From the NCBI RefSeq assembly GCF_009914755.1, contig NC_060937.1: a stretch of DNA of 64,000 nucleotides. One strand, written 5' to 3'. Source of the stretch: the human T2T-CHM13v2.0 reference genome, Homo sapiens. The first letter of the stretch is position 1; each line of letters begins with the position of its first letter. Of this stretch, positions 61,711 through 64,000 are shown piece after piece. The translations under genes were made by a program, and so were the position numbers. The notes below the pieces were generated by a model. That model did not search any database. It saw only the letters and a list, made by a program, of their open reading frames with translations, and had not been told where the DNA came from.

Positions 61711-64000
61711 CTGATTACTAATTCTATTCTAAGTCTGTTTGACCTGTGATAGAGCTAATCCAGAGACAAGAACAAAAGATGCTGGCATCAGTCACGTGTG
61801 TCTCTTAAATCGATCATTCCTATAAGCAACGGTGTTATCTCCACATCATCCTATTGGGCTTTGCAGAACCTGGATACTGTTTTGCCTAGGCTGCAGATCC
61901 AGGACAGGCAGCATGCATTCTTCTGTGTCACAAAGCCTTGTTTTTCTTTTCTCATCAGAGGAAGTGGTCTGGAAAAGTGCCAGCCAGGCTATGTGACTTC
62001 TCAGGTTCAACATCATGGAGATGAGAAAGACCAAATGGCACCCAGGGTCCTGCTGAAATCAGAGGCATAAATCTCAGCTGCAGGCATGAGGAGCAATTCA
62101 GGAACCCTTGAATAGATCCTTTCAGATTCTTAACGTGGCTTCATTGAACGAAGACCTCTCCAGGGTTCTGTCCTAAAGTCACCTCAGAAAGCTGTGTCTC
62201 TGACATCACAGGAAGGGGACCCAGGGCCAGAAATCACTTCAGCATCATTCACCTCAATTTCACCTCTGAGAATTGAGGTATCATGAACAAACGTTACAAG
62301 AATGCTCAAGAATCTGGCTACCAAATAGTCCATAGAGATATTATCCTAGATTAAATAAAATTAAGAAACATTTATTAGGCACCTACTCTAGGCAAGTCAC
62401 AGTATTTCTTAAATTGGAAGAAACTTGCTGATGGATGAAGAATGAATAGAATTTTAACCCATGCAGGACTTAAAGAAAATAATTGCTATCTGCTCCAGTC
62501 AAAGTCTACAGTGACATTCCAAGAACATGTGTCAGGAAATTGACTGAGAAAAGAGTTTTGAATTTTTGACTTACAAATGCATTGAGTTCGAACTAGAAAC
62601 CAAAATCTACTTTTTTGCCTACTTTTCTCAAGTACAGCCGTCACACCAACAAGCTTGCTTTCAAAAAGGGAAAAGAAGATGTTTGATAGGATCAGAATAT
62701 CCCAACTCCTGATATCTGACCAAATTAAATTTAAATGTTCAGAACTTTGCTTTTGAATATATAAAGCAACATGATGGCTGGCACCAAGGAAGGCAAGACC
62801 ACCAGTAGTCTAAATGTTACCCTCAGGCATGCATGCCCTGGCAGCTGACCCTTCCCTGAAAGAAATGTCCCTTCTATTCAAAGACAATGTCTGGGGTGAA
62901 GTAATTTATTAATTTATTAATACAAGAAGTAAAAAATACTATTTTTGGCCTAATATCCATAATAATATGGAAGAAATGACAAAAGAAACCCCATGGGTTC
63001 TCAACGTATTACACTTTCAGCCAACTTAATAGAAGACTTGGCTTTAGGATAAATGCTTGTATGTTTTATAAACACTCCTATTATTTAGGGAGGTCTGAGG
63101 GCATCTGGACATAGAATATTATTTTCAAGTTATAGCACATAATTTTTCAGGCAAAACTTACCCTTCAGAATGGAATATGAGCCATTTAATTTCCCCTTGT
63201 GTTTAGTCATATGAAAAAATGCCACACAAGGACCCGGGCAGAGAAACAAAGATAAGAGCTAGTCTTTTCCTTGCACAAAAATCTGCACGAGGAAAGGCGA
63301 TGGCTCTCGTTACTGTGCACAGATGCGTGGCTGTGAACTGCATAGCTTTCTTTTCTTCTTGGAAAATGGCCTCAAATTAGTCTAGGACATTGGATGAACT
63401 GTTGCTAACTAAGTAAAAAGTTCATTACTCTCTGCAACTCTTTGCATGAATGCCATTGAGTTATATCAACGGTTCTGAATTCTTTTTTCTCCAAGAGCCC
63501 CATTTGGCCTCTAAATCTCTTTCACAACTCCTCTCCCCTTCTTAAAGATGTTTCCTATTCACTGTGAGACTCTCATCCAAGGAAAATAAATGGAGGTGAA
63601 GGGCCTGGGGGTGGGGACAAGGATGCAGAGGGGAGCTGTTTTAGAGAAGAGAAGGGGAGGTGAGAGCTGCTACCCACATAATACATGGGCGCTTATTAGA
63701 GGGCTGGAGGACTCTTTTTTGGCAAACATCAAATTAGGTCCAAGCATTCATCCCAATTCACTGGAACATGCAAAATCAGTTGACAGGTTAGAGAAGAGAG
63801 GTTTTTAAAAGTTAACATTTGTTTTTCCCCTGAAAATATGAAATGACTGTGGGCTGCAGAAAAAAGTAGGAGCAAATGCGGAGGGTTTTTTTTTTTTTTT
63901 AGTATGAGAAACTAAATGGCTGGAATGGAACTATTTCATATTTTAGATGCAGGCTGTGATCGCTGAATAACCTTCTTATTTTGACTCACAGCTTGACACA

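Overview
Human (or great-ape) genomic DNA, AT-rich and dense in repeats. It contains the 3' part of COG6 (conserved oligomeric Golgi complex subunit 6) on the + strand. Six coding exons (1675-1806, 2095-2262, 5765-5872, 6939-6992, 9897-9976, 33393-33540) splice with canonical GT-AG sites into one continuous frame ending ...[13 protein letters not shown] 3' UTR of about 1.5 kb follows, with poly(A) signals at 35057-35070. The 23.4-kb last intron and the downstream 29 kb are mostly transposon fossils: Alus, a 5'-truncated L1PA, nested older L1M elements, L2, MIR, MaLR/ERVL LTRs and MER DNA transposons. I found no convincing undescribed biological system, and nearly all ORF-track entries are repeat-derived or chance ORFs. 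The most interesting observations are local: a tail-to-tail inverted Alu pair about 20 bp apart, an intact L1 endonuclease-domain ORF in sense orientation, a 96-bp duplication copied across 2.6 kb, a telomere-repeat micro-insertion in telomerase register, and a template-switch-like repeat scar. Repeat subfamily calls and exon/residue numbering come from my recollection of consensus and reference sequences. Repeat boundaries without target-site duplications (TSDs) are approximate.
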